Shown: positions 1 through 10,664, counted from the stretch's first letter. The stretch: 64,000 nt of DNA from Vulcanimicrobiota bacterium (GCA_963795855.1 CAWCIZ010000001.1:544001-608000); one strand, 5' to 3'. Numbers and translations are program-made. The notes: generated by a model from the sequence alone, not told the origin.

Positions 1-804
1 AAGCACCGCGGTAAAATGGTCGCGGAATTGCGGGAAGTTGCGTTTGCAAGCAGCGTCGGAGTTGCACTTGCCTATGAGATCGTCGAGCGCGCTCTGCGCC
101 CCCATGGGCTCACCCGGCAGCGGTTGAAAATGCGGCGGCGAAACGCCGTCGAGTACGGCACTCTCGACGCTGTCCGGGTGCCTGCGCATATAGACGAGCG
201 AAAGAAACGTACCATACGAGCCGCCGTCGAGGATCAGCCGCCGATAGCCGAGTGCGGCGCGCACGTCGTTGAGATCGTCGGCGGCGTTCTGCGTGTTGTA
301 ATCTTTCAGGTCGTGAGATGCTACGCTTTTGGTCCGGCATTTCGCGACGAGTTTATTCGGGAAGAGCTCGCGAAAATAGGAGGCGGGATTGCCCGCCGGC
401 GTAAAATCGCACGCAAACGGGTTTGATTTGCCCATGCCGCGATCGTCGACGAAAAGAAAGTCGTAGGAGTCGTGCAGCGACACACGCGCTTTGCCGAGAT
501 AACCGTCGAGCAGAAAACCCGCGAAGTCCGTCGCTGACTCGCCTGGGCCTCCTGCGATTTCCGCGATGACGTCATGATGCGTTGGATGCTTCGCCTTGAG
601 CAGGATGACGGAGAGTTCGATGACGCGGCCGGTGTTTGCGCCGCGATCCTCGTACACGCCGAACGTTCCGCACTGCGCGGGAACCTTGATCCTTCCTTGC
701 GTGCATGGCGCGAGATGCAAGCCCAGTGCCGGCGCGGCTGAAACCGGATGTGTTAGCGCAACGGACACGAGGCCCGCTGCCGCGAGCATGATGCGTAAGC
801 GCAT
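1..804 (-). CDS. Secreted alpha/beta hydrolase, TAP-like (peptidase S33); runs off the window start
   Basis: Not in the ORF track. Manual translation from ATG 804: MRLRIMLAAAGLVSVALTHPVSA (signal peptide)...IAGGPG...FVDDRGMGKS...DLNDVRAALGY...GGSYGT (nucleophile elbow). Confidence 0.85.
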   Translation of the reverse strand, partial: MRLRIMLAAAGLVSVALTHPVSAAPALGLHLAPCTQGRIKVPAQCGTFGVYEDRGANTGRVIELSVILLKAKHPTHHDVIAEIAGGPGESATDFAGFLLDGYLGKARVSLHDSYDFLFVDDRGMGKSNPFACDFTPAGNPASYFRELFPNKLVAKCRTKSVASHDLKDYNTQNAADDLNDVRAALGYRRLILDGGSYGTFLSLVYMRRHPDSVESAVLDGVSPPHFQPLPGEPMGAQSALDDLIGKCNSDAACKRNFPQFRDHFTAVL

Positions 805-810
805 ATTGTC

Positions 811-1386
811 CTAATCCTTTCGGTGTCTGCGGATAATTTGATACAGACCGGCGCCGGTGCTCATCGATGGAATGAGGCCGACGATAAGCAACCATTCATA
901 GAGCGGCAATCGCGATGAGTAGCCGAGGAACGTCGGAACGACGATCGCGGCAATGAAAAACAACGAACTCCAAAGCGCAAGGCGTATGCCGCCCGATCGT
1001 ACGGCGCTCGCGAGGATGGCGCCGAATAGCGCGGCGTTCAACCATTCAGCGGAGAAAAGAGCCCACATCGGACTGCGGGATCCGCCGAATGCCGCGAGCA
1101 GCAGATGCTGAATCGGCTCGACTGCGAGCAGCATGGCGACGAGCACCGCAAGCGCTACTGATGCCGTGACGAGTCCGGTGGCAATCGATCGATGCAGCCG
1201 CGAATAGGAGAGCAGCGATGGGATCGAACGAAGCGCTTGCGACCAATACCAGCGATTAGCGGCAGCTTCGCCCGCGCAGTGCGTGAGCCGCACGTATTCT
1301 TCGTGCAGATCGCCGGCGACGCTTTCATAATCATTCGGAGGCGCAGTTGCCGCAACGAGCGCTTGCGCAAGGACCGGTGGCGTCAT
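811..1386 (-). CDS. Membrane protein with permease-prefix-like N-terminus, PadR-associated
   Basis: GDLHEEY...WYWSQALRS N-terminal motif followed by about 4 hydrophobic segments; start overlaps the PadR stop. Confidence 0.7.
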   Translation of the reverse strand: MTPPVLAQALVAATAPPNDYESVAGDLHEEYVRLTHCAGEAAANRWYWSQALRSIPSLLSYSRLHRSIATGLVTASVALAVLVAMLLAVEPIQHLLLAAFGGSRSPMWALFSAEWLNAALFGAILASAVRSGGIRLALWSSLFFIAAIVVPTFLGYSSRLPLYEWLLIVGLIPSMSTGAGLYQIIRRHRKD

Positions 1387-1715
1387 GCGTTCATCCCGCG
1401 CAATGACAGACCGGCATGCAGACGTTCCATCGTCCGCCTCGCTGCTTTGAGCGCTTTGACGCCCGCCGCCTCTACTTTGAAATGACGCTTCGCTTTACCG
1501 CCGCGTTCTGCGGTCGGCTCGCCGATCCACGAGGAGACGAAACGTTTGCGTTCCAGTCGCTCGAGCGTCGCGTGCACCGCGCCGATCGCCGGCGATCTGC
1601 CCGTCGCGGATTCGATTTCGGCTCGAATCAGTGCGCCGTGCGCGCCGTCGCCGAGACGAAGCACCGCCAGCAATACGATATGCTCGAACTCGCCGAGATA
1701 ATCGCCTTTCGCCAT
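1383..1715 (-). CDS. PadR family transcriptional regulator
   Basis: MAKGDYLGEFEHIVLLAVLRL...GAVHATLERLERK...RGGKAKRHF; start trimmed to ATG 1715. Confidence 0.9.
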   Translation of the reverse strand: MAKGDYLGEFEHIVLLAVLRLGDGAHGALIRAEIESATGRSPAIGAVHATLERLERKRFVSSWIGEPTAERGGKAKRHFKVEAAGVKALKAARRTMERLHAGLSLRGMNA

Positions 1716-1749
1716 ATTCTCTGCATAATAGAAAATATGGATGCGAAAG

Positions 1750-2622
1750 TCAAGCCTCGCTGCGAGTCCAGTCTGGACCGAGAATGCGAGAAAGGGCGCG
1801 ATCCGCGAGGATCTTTCCACCCGTTTGGCAGCGCGCGCAATAATTGGTTTCGTTGTCCGCATACCGAATGCGGCGCACTTTGTCGCCGCACCGGGGGCAC
1901 GGCTTGCCGTACCGCCCGTGCACGGCCATCTCTTCCCGAAACGCGGTGACTTTCTCGGGAAAGCGGTCGGACTCCGAACGCAGACGATCGATCCACAACT
2001 GCAGCGTGGCGCGCGTCGCGTCAAACAAGTTCGCCCACTGCGCGTCCGTCATTTTTTGCGTGAGCAAGATTGGCGATAGTCGCGCTGCGTGCAAGGTTTC
2101 GTCGGAATAGGCGTTGCCAATTCCGTCGATGACGTGGGGGTCGGTGAGGGCGCGCTTGAGCGTATGGTTCTCGGCGCTGAGCGCGCGCCGGAATTGATCC
2201 AACGTGCAGGAGAAGACGTCGATACCGCCAGGATTCAACGACTGCAGCCCTTCCTCGCCGCTGACGACGTGCAGCGAGGCGCGATGCTTCGACCCCGCCT
2301 CCGTGAGCGTCAGCGTTCCATTTGGAAAATCGAATGCCGCGAGTGCGTTTCTTCCGCCCAGAGTCGCACCGCGCGATTTCCAGTGCAGCCGTCCGGCGAT
2401 CATGAGGTGCAGCACCAGCCACGCGTCGCCGTCCACGCCGATGGCGATGCGTTTGCCGATGCGCCGCAGGTGGCGCACGGTTCGGCCCTCGATGCTCGCG
2501 AGAGGCGGATCTGCCGTGCGCAACAGAAAGGGACTGCCGAGTCTAACGCGCTCGAGCGGTTGGCTCAGAATCCGGAGCTCGAGAGCGCTGAGATAGGCAA
2601 CGATGTCGGGCAGTTCAGGCAC
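1750..2622 (-). CDS. Fpg/Nei family DNA glycosylase
   Basis: GTG start followed by PELP; HLMIAG, GIGNAY (H2TH) and C-terminal CPRC...CARCQ zinc finger. Confidence 0.9.
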   Translation of the reverse strand: MPELPDIVAYLSALELRILSQPLERVRLGSPFLLRTADPPLASIEGRTVRHLRRIGKRIAIGVDGDAWLVLHLMIAGRLHWKSRGATLGGRNALAAFDFPNGTLTLTEAGSKHRASLHVVSGEEGLQSLNPGGIDVFSCTLDQFRRALSAENHTLKRALTDPHVIDGIGNAYSDETLHAARLSPILLTQKMTDAQWANLFDATRATLQLWIDRLRSESDRFPEKVTAFREEMAVHGRYGKPCPRCGDKVRRIRYADNETNYCARCQTGGKILADRALSRILGPDWTRSEA

Positions 2623-2753
2623 GTCGTAGGGTTGCCGGCAGGCACGGCGCGCGTCCTTTCCGCGAGGCGGCGCGGGTCGATTCTGAAGTGTACTTGCTTT
2701 TTGCAAGTGACGGGTTTATAATCCGCGCATAGCTCGTCACGAGGAGAAGAGTC

Positions 2754-3161
2754 ATGCAAACTGCTCTCACAGGTTACTCGCCCTCGAACGCAACTTTGTG
2801 GACGGCTCGCGCGATCGCCGCACTTGTCATCCTTTTCTGGCTATTCGACGCCGTCGGTCACATGCTCAAACCAGCGCCGGTAGTCGACGCATTTGCGCGT
2901 CAAGGGGTGGCGCTCGGTCTCTCCGCGCCAATCGGCGTTTTGCAGCTGCTGTTGTTGGCGGCATACCTGTTTCCGCGCACGCGTCTGCTCGGCGCCGTTC
3001 TAATGACCGGCTATCTAGGGGGAGCGACGGCGATCAATCTGCGCGCCGGCGATCCCGCGTTCGAAGTGCTTTTCCCGATCATCTTTGGGATCCTGATTTG
3101 GGGGCCGCCGTACCTACTCGATGAACGGTGTCGCGCGATCTTCCGTTTCGAACGCGCGTGA
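2754..3161 (+). CDS. DoxX family membrane protein
   Basis: PRTRLLGAVLMTGYLGGA motif; 4 hydrophobic segments. Confidence 0.85.
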   Translation: MQTALTGYSPSNATLWTARAIAALVILFWLFDAVGHMLKPAPVVDAFARQGVALGLSAPIGVLQLLLLAAYLFPRTRLLGAVLMTGYLGGATAINLRAGDPAFEVLFPIIFGILIWGPPYLLDERCRAIFRFERA

Positions 3162-3502
3162 GCGTCGACGAGTATATCGCGGCGCAGTCCGCTGACGTTC
3201 AAGGAGCGCTTGCGCGTGTGCGCGCCGCGATACGACGCGCGGCGCCCTCCGCGCAGGAAGTCATCTCGTACAATATGCCGACGTACAAGAAGGGCGGCGA
3301 GACGTTTCTGCAATTTGCGGCGTGGAAGGAACACTACGCGTTGTATCTCGCGACTGCTCCACTCGTGGAATCGTTCAAAGATGAGTTGAAAAACTGCAAG
3401 ATCGACAAGGGCACAATTCGGTTTTCTTTTTCCGATCCGGTACCTGAAGCACTCATCGAGCGCATCGTCAAGTTTCAGTTGAGCTCGCTAAAAGCCAGTT
3501 AG
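3158..3502 (+). CDS. DUF1801/YdhG-like protein
   Basis: VDEYIAA...EVISYNMPTY...KGTIRF; GTG start overlaps the DoxX stop. Confidence 0.85.
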   Translation: MSVDEYIAAQSADVQGALARVRAAIRRAAPSAQEVISYNMPTYKKGGETFLQFAAWKEHYALYLATAPLVESFKDELKNCKIDKGTIRFSFSDPVPEALIERIVKFQLSSLKAS

Positions 3503-5097
3503 CGCGGGACGACGTCCCAGTCTTCGCTATTGGAAAATTCAAACAGCATGTTGGGCTTCCACGCGCGTACAGCCGGGTTAGCCGCCGAATAATCGCCGCG
3601 ATAGACGAGGGGCACGAAAACGGACGCGTCAGCGAGCCGGCGCTGCATGGCATCGAAGACCGGTCGCCGCGCTTCGCGCTCCATCAGCAGTGATTGCTGT
3701 ACGAAAAGACGATCGTAGCCCGGATCGCAATAGCGCGCAGCGTTGGGACCGTTCGGTGCGACGCGATCGCACGTCCAGAACTCGCTCTGCTCCGGATCGC
3801 TTCCTCCATAAAATCCGGTGATCGCCAGGTTGAAGCGCCCGCCATAGTAGACGCCGTCCGGTACGGCGTAGAAAAGACTCGTCGGATACCCGCGAATCGT
3901 CGCATCGACGCCGATGCGGCCGAGATTCTCTTGAACTACGGTCGCGACGCGACGGCCTTCCTCGTTGGGCGCTTCGTACGCGACGTCGACGGTGAGCGTG
4001 CGTCCGGATTTCGCACGACCATTGCCCGCGCGTTTCCAGCCTGCCGCATCCAGTTCGCGACCTGCCGCGACGGGATCGTATGGTGGCGCCCGTACGGATG
4101 GGTCGTGCGCCCACAGGACCGGCGCGATTTCGGTCGTCGCGACGGGCCACAGGCCGCGGTAGACGGTACGTGCTATTTGAGCGCGATCGATTGCCTGAAG
4201 TAAAGCTCGGCGCACCTTTGGATCGTCGGTCGGAAATCGATGCATCTGGAAGAGCGCATATGCGATATGATTCTTGCCCGTTCGCGTCAATGTCGCTGCC
4301 AGCGTCGAGCGGCTTTGCACGACTTGATCGTTGGTCAGATAGTCGTCGACGTCTATCGCGTGCGTGCGAATGAGCATGAGTTCGGTATTTCTATCCGGGA
4401 CAATCTTGATGACGAGTTCGCGCAGGAGAGGCTTGCGCCATGCGTACGGATTCGGTTCGAGAACGATTTGCTCGCCGCGGTTCCAACGCATGACGCGGAA
4501 CGGTCCCGTGCCGTAAGGCCGGTCGTTCCATGCTGCTCGCGAAATGTTGGTGCTGGTAAACGCGTGCGCCGGAAGTATGCCGTAAATAAAGTCGCTTTCG
4601 GCGAAGAGCGCGGTCACGGCGGCGGCCCACGGACGACGCAAATGCAGGACGACGGTGTATGGATCCGGTGTGTCCAGACGCGCGATCTCGCGATACGGCT
4701 GGGCTTCCGTCACCGGGTTTCGCGGATCGAGAATCGCTCGGTACGTGAATGCGACGTCAGCGGACGTCAGCGGCGTGCCGTCTGCGAAACGGACGCCATG
4801 ACGCAGGCGATAGGTTACCATTCGGCCGCCGCGCGAAATGTCGCCGTTTGCTACGGTTGGTACGCGGGATGCAAGAACGGGAACGAGTTCGTTGCGTTGA
4901 TTCAGACCCAGCAGCGGCTCGGCATAGAGCTGCGTGATGTCGATATCAGGCTGGTCCAGCGCGAAGAGAGGATTGAGTGACGACGGATCGTTGGCTCGAA
5001 CGATGGTCATCTCGTGGGGTGTTCCCCAGCCGCGTGCGTTCGTTACGCGGCTACATGCCGCGCTCACCACGAGCAGAGCGAGGAGCAGCCACCGCAT
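3499..5097 (-). CDS. Peptide ABC transporter substrate-binding lipoprotein (family 5)
   Basis: Lipobox SAAC; LRHGVRFADGTPLTSADV; PYGTGPF. Confidence 0.9.
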   Translation of the reverse strand: MRWLLLALLVVSAACSRVTNARGWGTPHEMTIVRANDPSSLNPLFALDQPDIDITQLYAEPLLGLNQRNELVPVLASRVPTVANGDISRGGRMVTYRLRHGVRFADGTPLTSADVAFTYRAILDPRNPVTEAQPYREIARLDTPDPYTVVLHLRRPWAAAVTALFAESDFIYGILPAHAFTSTNISRAAWNDRPYGTGPFRVMRWNRGEQIVLEPNPYAWRKPLLRELVIKIVPDRNTELMLIRTHAIDVDDYLTNDQVVQSRSTLAATLTRTGKNHIAYALFQMHRFPTDDPKVRRALLQAIDRAQIARTVYRGLWPVATTEIAPVLWAHDPSVRAPPYDPVAAGRELDAAGWKRAGNGRAKSGRTLTVDVAYEAPNEEGRRVATVVQENLGRIGVDATIRGYPTSLFYAVPDGVYYGGRFNLAITGFYGGSDPEQSEFWTCDRVAPNGPNAARYCDPGYDRLFVQQSLLMEREARRPVFDAMQRRLADASVFVPLVYRGDYSAANPAVRAWKPNMLFEFSNSEDWDVVPR

Positions 5098-5403
5098 CTA
5101 GTTCATAAAGGACGGATCGCCGTTCGCATTGGTTCTGCACTTCAATCGGCCGATAATGGAGTCCTCGAACCAAGGCGTCATAAGCTGCTTTTAGCGCCCA
5201 CCCGTCACGACAAACAGATACTTGCCCTCAACGGCTGGCAGAAGACTTCGGGTTAAACGTAGAGTCGCGCACCGTTTGTACGCGGCCTCGTACCCCCAGA
5301 TCGCTCCTTGCACGTTTGCGCACGATGTTTGTGGAACCTTGGAATCCGCATCCGCTCGCGTACCGCAGCAAACAATGAACATCGCGACCAGCGCTAGGAT
5401 CAC
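5098..5403 (-). CDS. Small secreted hypothetical protein, possibly interrupted by an internal TAA at 5191-5193
   Basis: Signal-peptide-like N-terminus; the frame stays open after the TAA until a TAG that abuts the next ATG. Confidence 0.35.
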
Positions 5404-5445
5404 GTCGCACGAATAGGAAATGACACATCAGATTCGTTCGCTGCT

Positions 5446-6144
5446 CTACTCTGCTCCGTTCAGCCAGTGAAACGCGCTTCGCACGTGCGGTTTCGCATTG
5501 TTCTGCAGGCAATCGCCGTGTGCAACAATGAGTTTGTCAAAATCCCAGGAGAGCAGTTTGCGAAGCGATTCCCGGCCGAATTGCCGGCGAGCGAAAGAGA
5601 ACCGGATGTCTCTTGGCACGCCTGCGCCGAGCACGCCCGCAATCTTCAATATCGCGTTACGCACCGGCCGTCCCCTCTCCGCACGGTAATTTTGGATGTA
5701 GTCCGTGAAAATCAGCGTGCGCGATTTGCGGTGGAAAAACTCGACTTCGTCAAGGAGGGCGTTGCCTCTGAAGACGACTTGATCGAGTTCTGCGGCCCAT
5801 GCTGCAGGCGGATCGTCGCCTAACACGCCGTCGAACGACGAGTCGCGAGACCCGCGCGCGGCGCTGGGTGGTCCCCAAGTCTCAGCGCCCGGAAAGGCCG
5901 ATTTCCAGTCACGCAGACGCCACACGTGAAGCGGGGTGGGCGCGACGAGATATCGCACGCATCCGATTCGCGTTACGGCTTCCATCTCGGTTGGCGATGC
6001 GCAAACCGGTGAGTTTATCCAAAGAGAGCCATCCGACAACTTAACGACAATCATGCGCGTCGGGAGCTTGAGGGGACCAAAGACGCTTACTGAAGGACCA
6101 TCGGCGGTCCAAATATCGGGCGCAAACTCTCGCAGCGGCTCCAT
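5446..6144 (-). CDS. DUF4336 family protein (metallo-beta-lactamase-like)
   Basis: TRMIVVKLSDGSLWINSP, VAPTPLH, EVEFFHRKSRTLIFTD, IVAHG. Confidence 0.85.
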   Translation of the reverse strand: MEPLREFAPDIWTADGPSVSVFGPLKLPTRMIVVKLSDGSLWINSPVCASPTEMEAVTRIGCVRYLVAPTPLHVWRLRDWKSAFPGAETWGPPSAARGSRDSSFDGVLGDDPPAAWAAELDQVVFRGNALLDEVEFFHRKSRTLIFTDYIQNYRAERGRPVRNAILKIAGVLGAGVPRDIRFSFARRQFGRESLRKLLSWDFDKLIVAHGDCLQNNAKPHVRSAFHWLNGAE

Positions 6145-6207
6145 TTCGTAACCGTATGTTATCGCATCGTTCCGGTACGCCCTGTAAAGACTTACGGCGC
6201 TCGGGCT

Positions 6208-6753
6208 TTAATCCCAAAGCTCTCCGGCGGGCATGCGAGCGAATCCGAGCGGGTAGCATCCATTCGGATGACGATCCTTGAATCGCCGGCACACCATGGC
6301 AAGGTATTCGAAATTCTCCCAGATCTCCGGCTGCTGCTGGGTGTGGCGGCGATTTGTGATAAGCGGCGTCATGCGCAGCCACGCAGTGAGGATTATGCCG
6401 CCCCACATATCTGCCGTGAACTCTCCGTCTAGTACACCACGCTTAACATACATGCCGACGTTCTCAAAAAAGTTTGCGACCGTGCGGGCCGGCTCGTATT
6501 GTGCCGGCAGAGGAACGGAGGCGAGCTCGGCGCGGGCGGTCGGATCGTCATACAATTTCGGCAGGTCCCGGAAAACGTAGCGTACGGCATCACGGAAGTT
6601 GTCCGTTTCAAACGTCTCACGAATCTCGTTGAGCGCAACGATTTGATTTGCGCCTCGCATATGCCGCAACTGGAAAAGTGCGGCAGTCGCGGACGCGGCA
6701 ACGACGAGCAGCGTCAGAAAGGACGCGATCGCGCTCAACCATTCCGGCGTCAT
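6208..6753 (-). CDS. DUF4760-like membrane-anchored protein
   Basis: N-terminal TM; VANFFENVGMYVKRGVLD...WENFEYL. Confidence 0.7.
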   Translation of the reverse strand: MTPEWLSAIASFLTLLVVAASATAALFQLRHMRGANQIVALNEIRETFETDNFRDAVRYVFRDLPKLYDDPTARAELASVPLPAQYEPARTVANFFENVGMYVKRGVLDGEFTADMWGGIILTAWLRMTPLITNRRHTQQQPEIWENFEYLAMVCRRFKDRHPNGCYPLGFARMPAGELWD

Positions 6754-6818
6754 CTCCAGGCCGATTCGCTAAACGGGACTGCGGCACCCCGTTGGCCCTT
6801 CAGGTAATTCCGGTATTG

Positions 6819-8194
6819 CTATGGCTGCTTTTTGACTCTTGTAAGCTGCCCATTTTGGAGGACCGTGATTGCCGTTACTTTTCCATTCGCATCACGGTTG
6901 AACGTGATGATTGCATGCTGGGATGCCCAGGAATAGCGTCCTCCCTTGAGATTGACGAGTTGCTCGGGCGGGGCCTGCGGGATCTCGAGGTAGAGTCGGC
7001 CATTGTATTTGAAAATAAAGATTGCGAAGTGGGCGAAGCCCGGAACATTCGCGATAGGATATGTGCCGTTATACGGCGACGGTGCTTTTTTCACGAGTGC
7101 CCACTCGATCGGTGCGCTGACGGTCGCCGGCATGAGGATGTGCTCCGCAAGTTGACCGAACTGCGCACTATTCGGAAGGTTCACGAGCAGTACCATAGCG
7201 TAATGTCTGCGCCGATCGAATACGAGCAGAGCGCTGTATCCGCCGGTGCCGCCGGCTTTGTGAACGAAACCGTGCTGCAGAGACGTTTCCCAGGCGAGTC
7301 CTACCGAATCTTCGTTGTCTTCCGGCGCCCGCGCTTGCTGCGCGAAGAACAGGGAACGGCCCAATGGTCCCGCTGGAGCAGTCATGTTCGCCCTCACATA
7401 CACTAGCATGTCGCGCAAGTCGGATTCGATTGAACCGGCCGGGCTTAAAGCGCCGAGATCCCACGGAACCTGCGGTCGACCATCGTACGTGTATGCCGGT
7501 ACGAGGCGACGTTTCGAGACTTGCGAGCCGATTACAACGGTGTCTTTCATCGCAAGCGGCTGAAGGATTCGCCGGTCGACGAGTGTAGCGTAACACTTGT
7601 GCGCACGACCGACGAGAAGTTGGCCCAGAAGCGCGAACCCAAAGTTTGAATATTCGTAACGCGTGCCCGGCGCACGCGTGAGACTATAATGCTGGAGGGC
7701 ACTGTACAACATCGCCAACGTATAACCGGCGTATGGGTTGGCTGGGAGTTTGGTCGAGGCGTTCGGCGGGTCCGTCGGCAGACCGGCTCGATGTTCCGCG
7801 AGGGAAGCCAGCGTTATCGGGATGCCGTTGTAGGTCGGAGCGACGATGCCGGCGGGCAGATACTTCTGGATTGGATCGTTTAGCCGAACGGCGCCGCTTT
7901 GAACCATCTGCGCCAACAGCGTCGCGGTGAACGTTTTTGTAACTGAGCCGATTTCAAACAGGCTGCGATCGTCGAGCTGAACTGAAGCTCCTCGGAGCCG
8001 CGGACGAAATAGGTGCGGATCGTGCCTCCGCTAATCATCCCGAGCGCGACCAATGCCTTCGGATGACCTTTTGCGTAAGCTGTCAGCGTTCGCCGAATCT
8101 CGTTAGGAGAAGCGAGCGCATTCGGTTTGGCGATTGCAGCCGAAGGCAGAAATGCGATTAGCGCAGCGGCAATAAGGCTTGAAACGCGCGGCAT
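6819..8194 (-). CDS. Secreted serine hydrolase (beta-lactamase/AmpC family), frameshift near 7985
   Basis: Signal peptide in ORF 7880..8194; FEIGSVTK (SxxK), YSN and HKAGG in the downstream frame. Confidence 0.85.
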
Positions 8195-8458
8195 CCATCC
8201 CCCGGGTTCTTGTGGGCGCTAAGACAATTTCGACAAGTAGTACGCCTTGGTGTAAGGAAATTCCGCGCGCGGCAGCTTTCCCCAATGAAATCTGCGATGG
8301 ACGAAGTGCCGGCGTCACCTCCTGACGATCCCTAAAGCGTTCCTCAAGCATGGGTTTGCCGGTCAAGGCCCCCCGGAGAAGGAGCGAATGGCTAATATAG
8401 GCTAAATTAGACCTATTCGGTCTATGTGTGCCCTTCGCCCAAAAAGGGGGGGTGACCC

Positions 8459-8905
8459 GTGAATTTTCGAGCGACGCAATTGCCTAAGTGCGCTGGTCTA
8501 GCGCTCATAGTCTTCGCGGCATGCGCCGGGTGCAGCGGGACGAAGCTGCAACCCTGCTCGTTCGGTCCGCCGCCCGGACCGCTCGGACCCCCGATTTTTT
8601 ACATGCTAACGCCGTCGGACGGTGCAACGGGCGTGCCCGATAACCTTGGCCAGATCGTTTTTGAAGGATTTGGGCCCAACCGCTTAACCCTAACCGGAAG
8701 CACTCAAACGATTCCCCTGATGTTGGAACCGGCTCCCACGCCGACCCCGACACCACCAGATGCGTTACCGCAGTCTATCGCGGTGCTTTCAACGCCGCTT
8801 TCGCCTAGCACCACTTACACCGCCAGTTACATCAGCACGTTAAGTTATAGCGGCTGTACGCCGCAAACCTACACGATGAATGTTGGATCGTTTACGACGC
8901 AGTAA
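8459..8905 (+). CDS. Lipoprotein with Ig-like (Big_5-like) domain
   Basis: Lipobox-like ACAGC; PSDGATGVP...LSPSTTYT...GSFTTQ. Confidence 0.65.
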   Translation: MNFRATQLPKCAGLALIVFAACAGCSGTKLQPCSFGPPPGPLGPPIFYMLTPSDGATGVPDNLGQIVFEGFGPNRLTLTGSTQTIPLMLEPAPTPTPTPPDALPQSIAVLSTPLSPSTTYTASYISTLSYSGCTPQTYTMNVGSFTTQ

Positions 8906-8924
8906 CGCGTGCAGCCTTAGTGAG

Positions 8925-9518
8925 CTATGCTTGACCGCTGCCGGCCGTCAAGTTAGGCGACTCGCCGATAGGCCGGCGCCGCGCCGCGCTCTGCGACAAC
9001 GCCGCTGCTTGCAACGCTGCGACCGCCAGCGGAAGGCCGATCAGTAATAAAATTGCACCGAACGCCGTCGGCTTCCACGTCATATCCATGACCATCGCCA
9101 CTGCCAGTGACAGGTTGATCATCTCCCCAGCGGCGGCCACGGGATCGAACAGCGCCGCGCGCACCTGCGGCGTGAACTCAGGCGATGCAATCAACAGCTC
9201 TTTCAGGTGGATGTTGCGCGGTTTGAGCACGGTCGCGCCGACGACGCCCATGAGGACCACCGCTGCGATCGCAACGTCGATCCATGCCGACGTAAAACTC
9301 CACGAAAGCTTGGTCAGAGCAAGTCCCGTAACCAGCAGCGCCAGCCCCGAAAACGGCATGACCTTGGTGAGGGAGCCGACGGTGCGAATCAACATTCCGG
9401 CGACGGGCACCGTCGGCGCCTTCGGAAGCATCGAACGCAACACAAAGATTGCGCCACCCATAAAAAACGCAAAAACAACCGCGAGTAAATGGGCGAGCAG
9501 AAGCGATTGATACAGCAC
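8925..9518 (-). CDS. DUF2269-like membrane protein
   Basis: LLAHLLAVV, about 5 TM segments, C-terminal MTWKP; start approximate (GTG 9518). Confidence 0.65.
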   Translation of the reverse strand: MLYQSLLLAHLLAVVFAFFMGGAIFVLRSMLPKAPTVPVAGMLIRTVGSLTKVMPFSGLALLVTGLALTKLSWSFTSAWIDVAIAAVVLMGVVGATVLKPRNIHLKELLIASPEFTPQVRAALFDPVAAAGEMINLSLAVAMVMDMTWKPTAFGAILLLIGLPLAVAALQAAALSQSAARRRPIGESPNLTAGSGQA

Positions 9519-9637
9519 GCGGCAATTCCTCCGTTCGGCGATATTTCGGTCGCGAACGTGCTTGGTCCCGCTTAGCGACGACAGCGGACGGCTCATCCGG
9601 GGAGGAAGCGATTTTCGTTCCTTTGGGAACGTGAAGT

Positions 9638-10279
9638 CTACTTCGCGAGGACAATGTGCGTGGCTCGGTCCGTCGGTACATGCTCGACTGTCCGATATCC
9701 CAGAGTGCGGAGATCTAAGCCGCTAAAGAGCGATTCGCCTTGGCCAAGCGCAATTGGAGCAACGGCGAGATGAATTTCATCCACGTAACCGGCCTGAACG
9801 TATTGCCGCACGGTCTCGACACCGCCGCCAATCTTGACGTCTTTTGCACCTGCCGCTTCGCGCGCCTTTTGCAGCGCATCCTCAATGCCGCCGGAGATGA
9901 AATAAAATGTCGTTCCGCCTAGCATGTCGATTGGCGGCCGTGGATAATGTGTCAGTACGAAAGTTGGCGCATGATAAGGCGGATTTTCGCCCCACCAGCC
10001 TTTCCATCGATCGTCCGGCCATTCCCCACGAACAGGTCCGAACATGTTGCGACCCAGGATGAAGGCACCGAAACCTTCCATTGCGCGTCGGGCGAACTCG
10101 TCATCAAGGCCCGTTTCGCCGCCCTCTTTTCCATGCATCTGATGAAACGTCCGCGTTGGGAAAAACCACTGAAAGATTTCATCGCCTCGCAGACCAAGCG
10201 GATGATCTAAACTCTGATCGGTTCCCGCAGCGAAGCCGTCAAGGGAGACACCCAGCCCGGCCACTTTTACTTGAGTCAT
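9638..10279 (-). CDS. Dihydrofolate reductase-like (RibD C-terminal) family protein
   Basis: VSLDGF, ILGRNMF, FVLTH, IGGG. Confidence 0.9.
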   Translation of the reverse strand: MTQVKVAGLGVSLDGFAAGTDQSLDHPLGLRGDEIFQWFFPTRTFHQMHGKEGGETGLDDEFARRAMEGFGAFILGRNMFGPVRGEWPDDRWKGWWGENPPYHAPTFVLTHYPRPPIDMLGGTTFYFISGGIEDALQKAREAAGAKDVKIGGGVETVRQYVQAGYVDEIHLAVAPIALGQGESLFSGLDLRTLGYRTVEHVPTDRATHIVLAK

Positions 10280-10664
10280 CTAATTTGTGAACGCCTTGAG
10301 ATCTTGGTCCGAAAACAACGGACGGATTTCGATCGATTCGCCATACTGAAATGGGCAATGCGAAAGGCGTTCGACGAGCTCTTCCTTCGAGCGCGCTTCG
10401 AGCAGCCAGAAGCCGGCAACCAACTCTTTCGTTTCGGTGAAGGGACCATCGGTGATCTGCGGCTTTGCCCCTGAGTAGTTGATGCGGGCGCCCGCGGAGG
10501 TCGGCTTCAGACCGCCCATCTCCAGGAGCATGCCGTCGTTGATGAGCGTTTGATTGAACGCCCCCATTTTTGCTATGCTCTCGCTGAAGTCATCGGGGAA
10601 ATTGCCGCCTTCGTAGCGCGCAGACTTCGTCCTTATTCGGTTTGACCATGACCAAGAATCGCAT
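10280..10664 (-). CDS. YciI/DGPF family protein, frameshift near 10622
   Basis: MRFLVMVK start with GAGGAG RBS; TDGPFTETKELVAGFW; span is 385 nt (3n+1). Confidence 0.85.
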
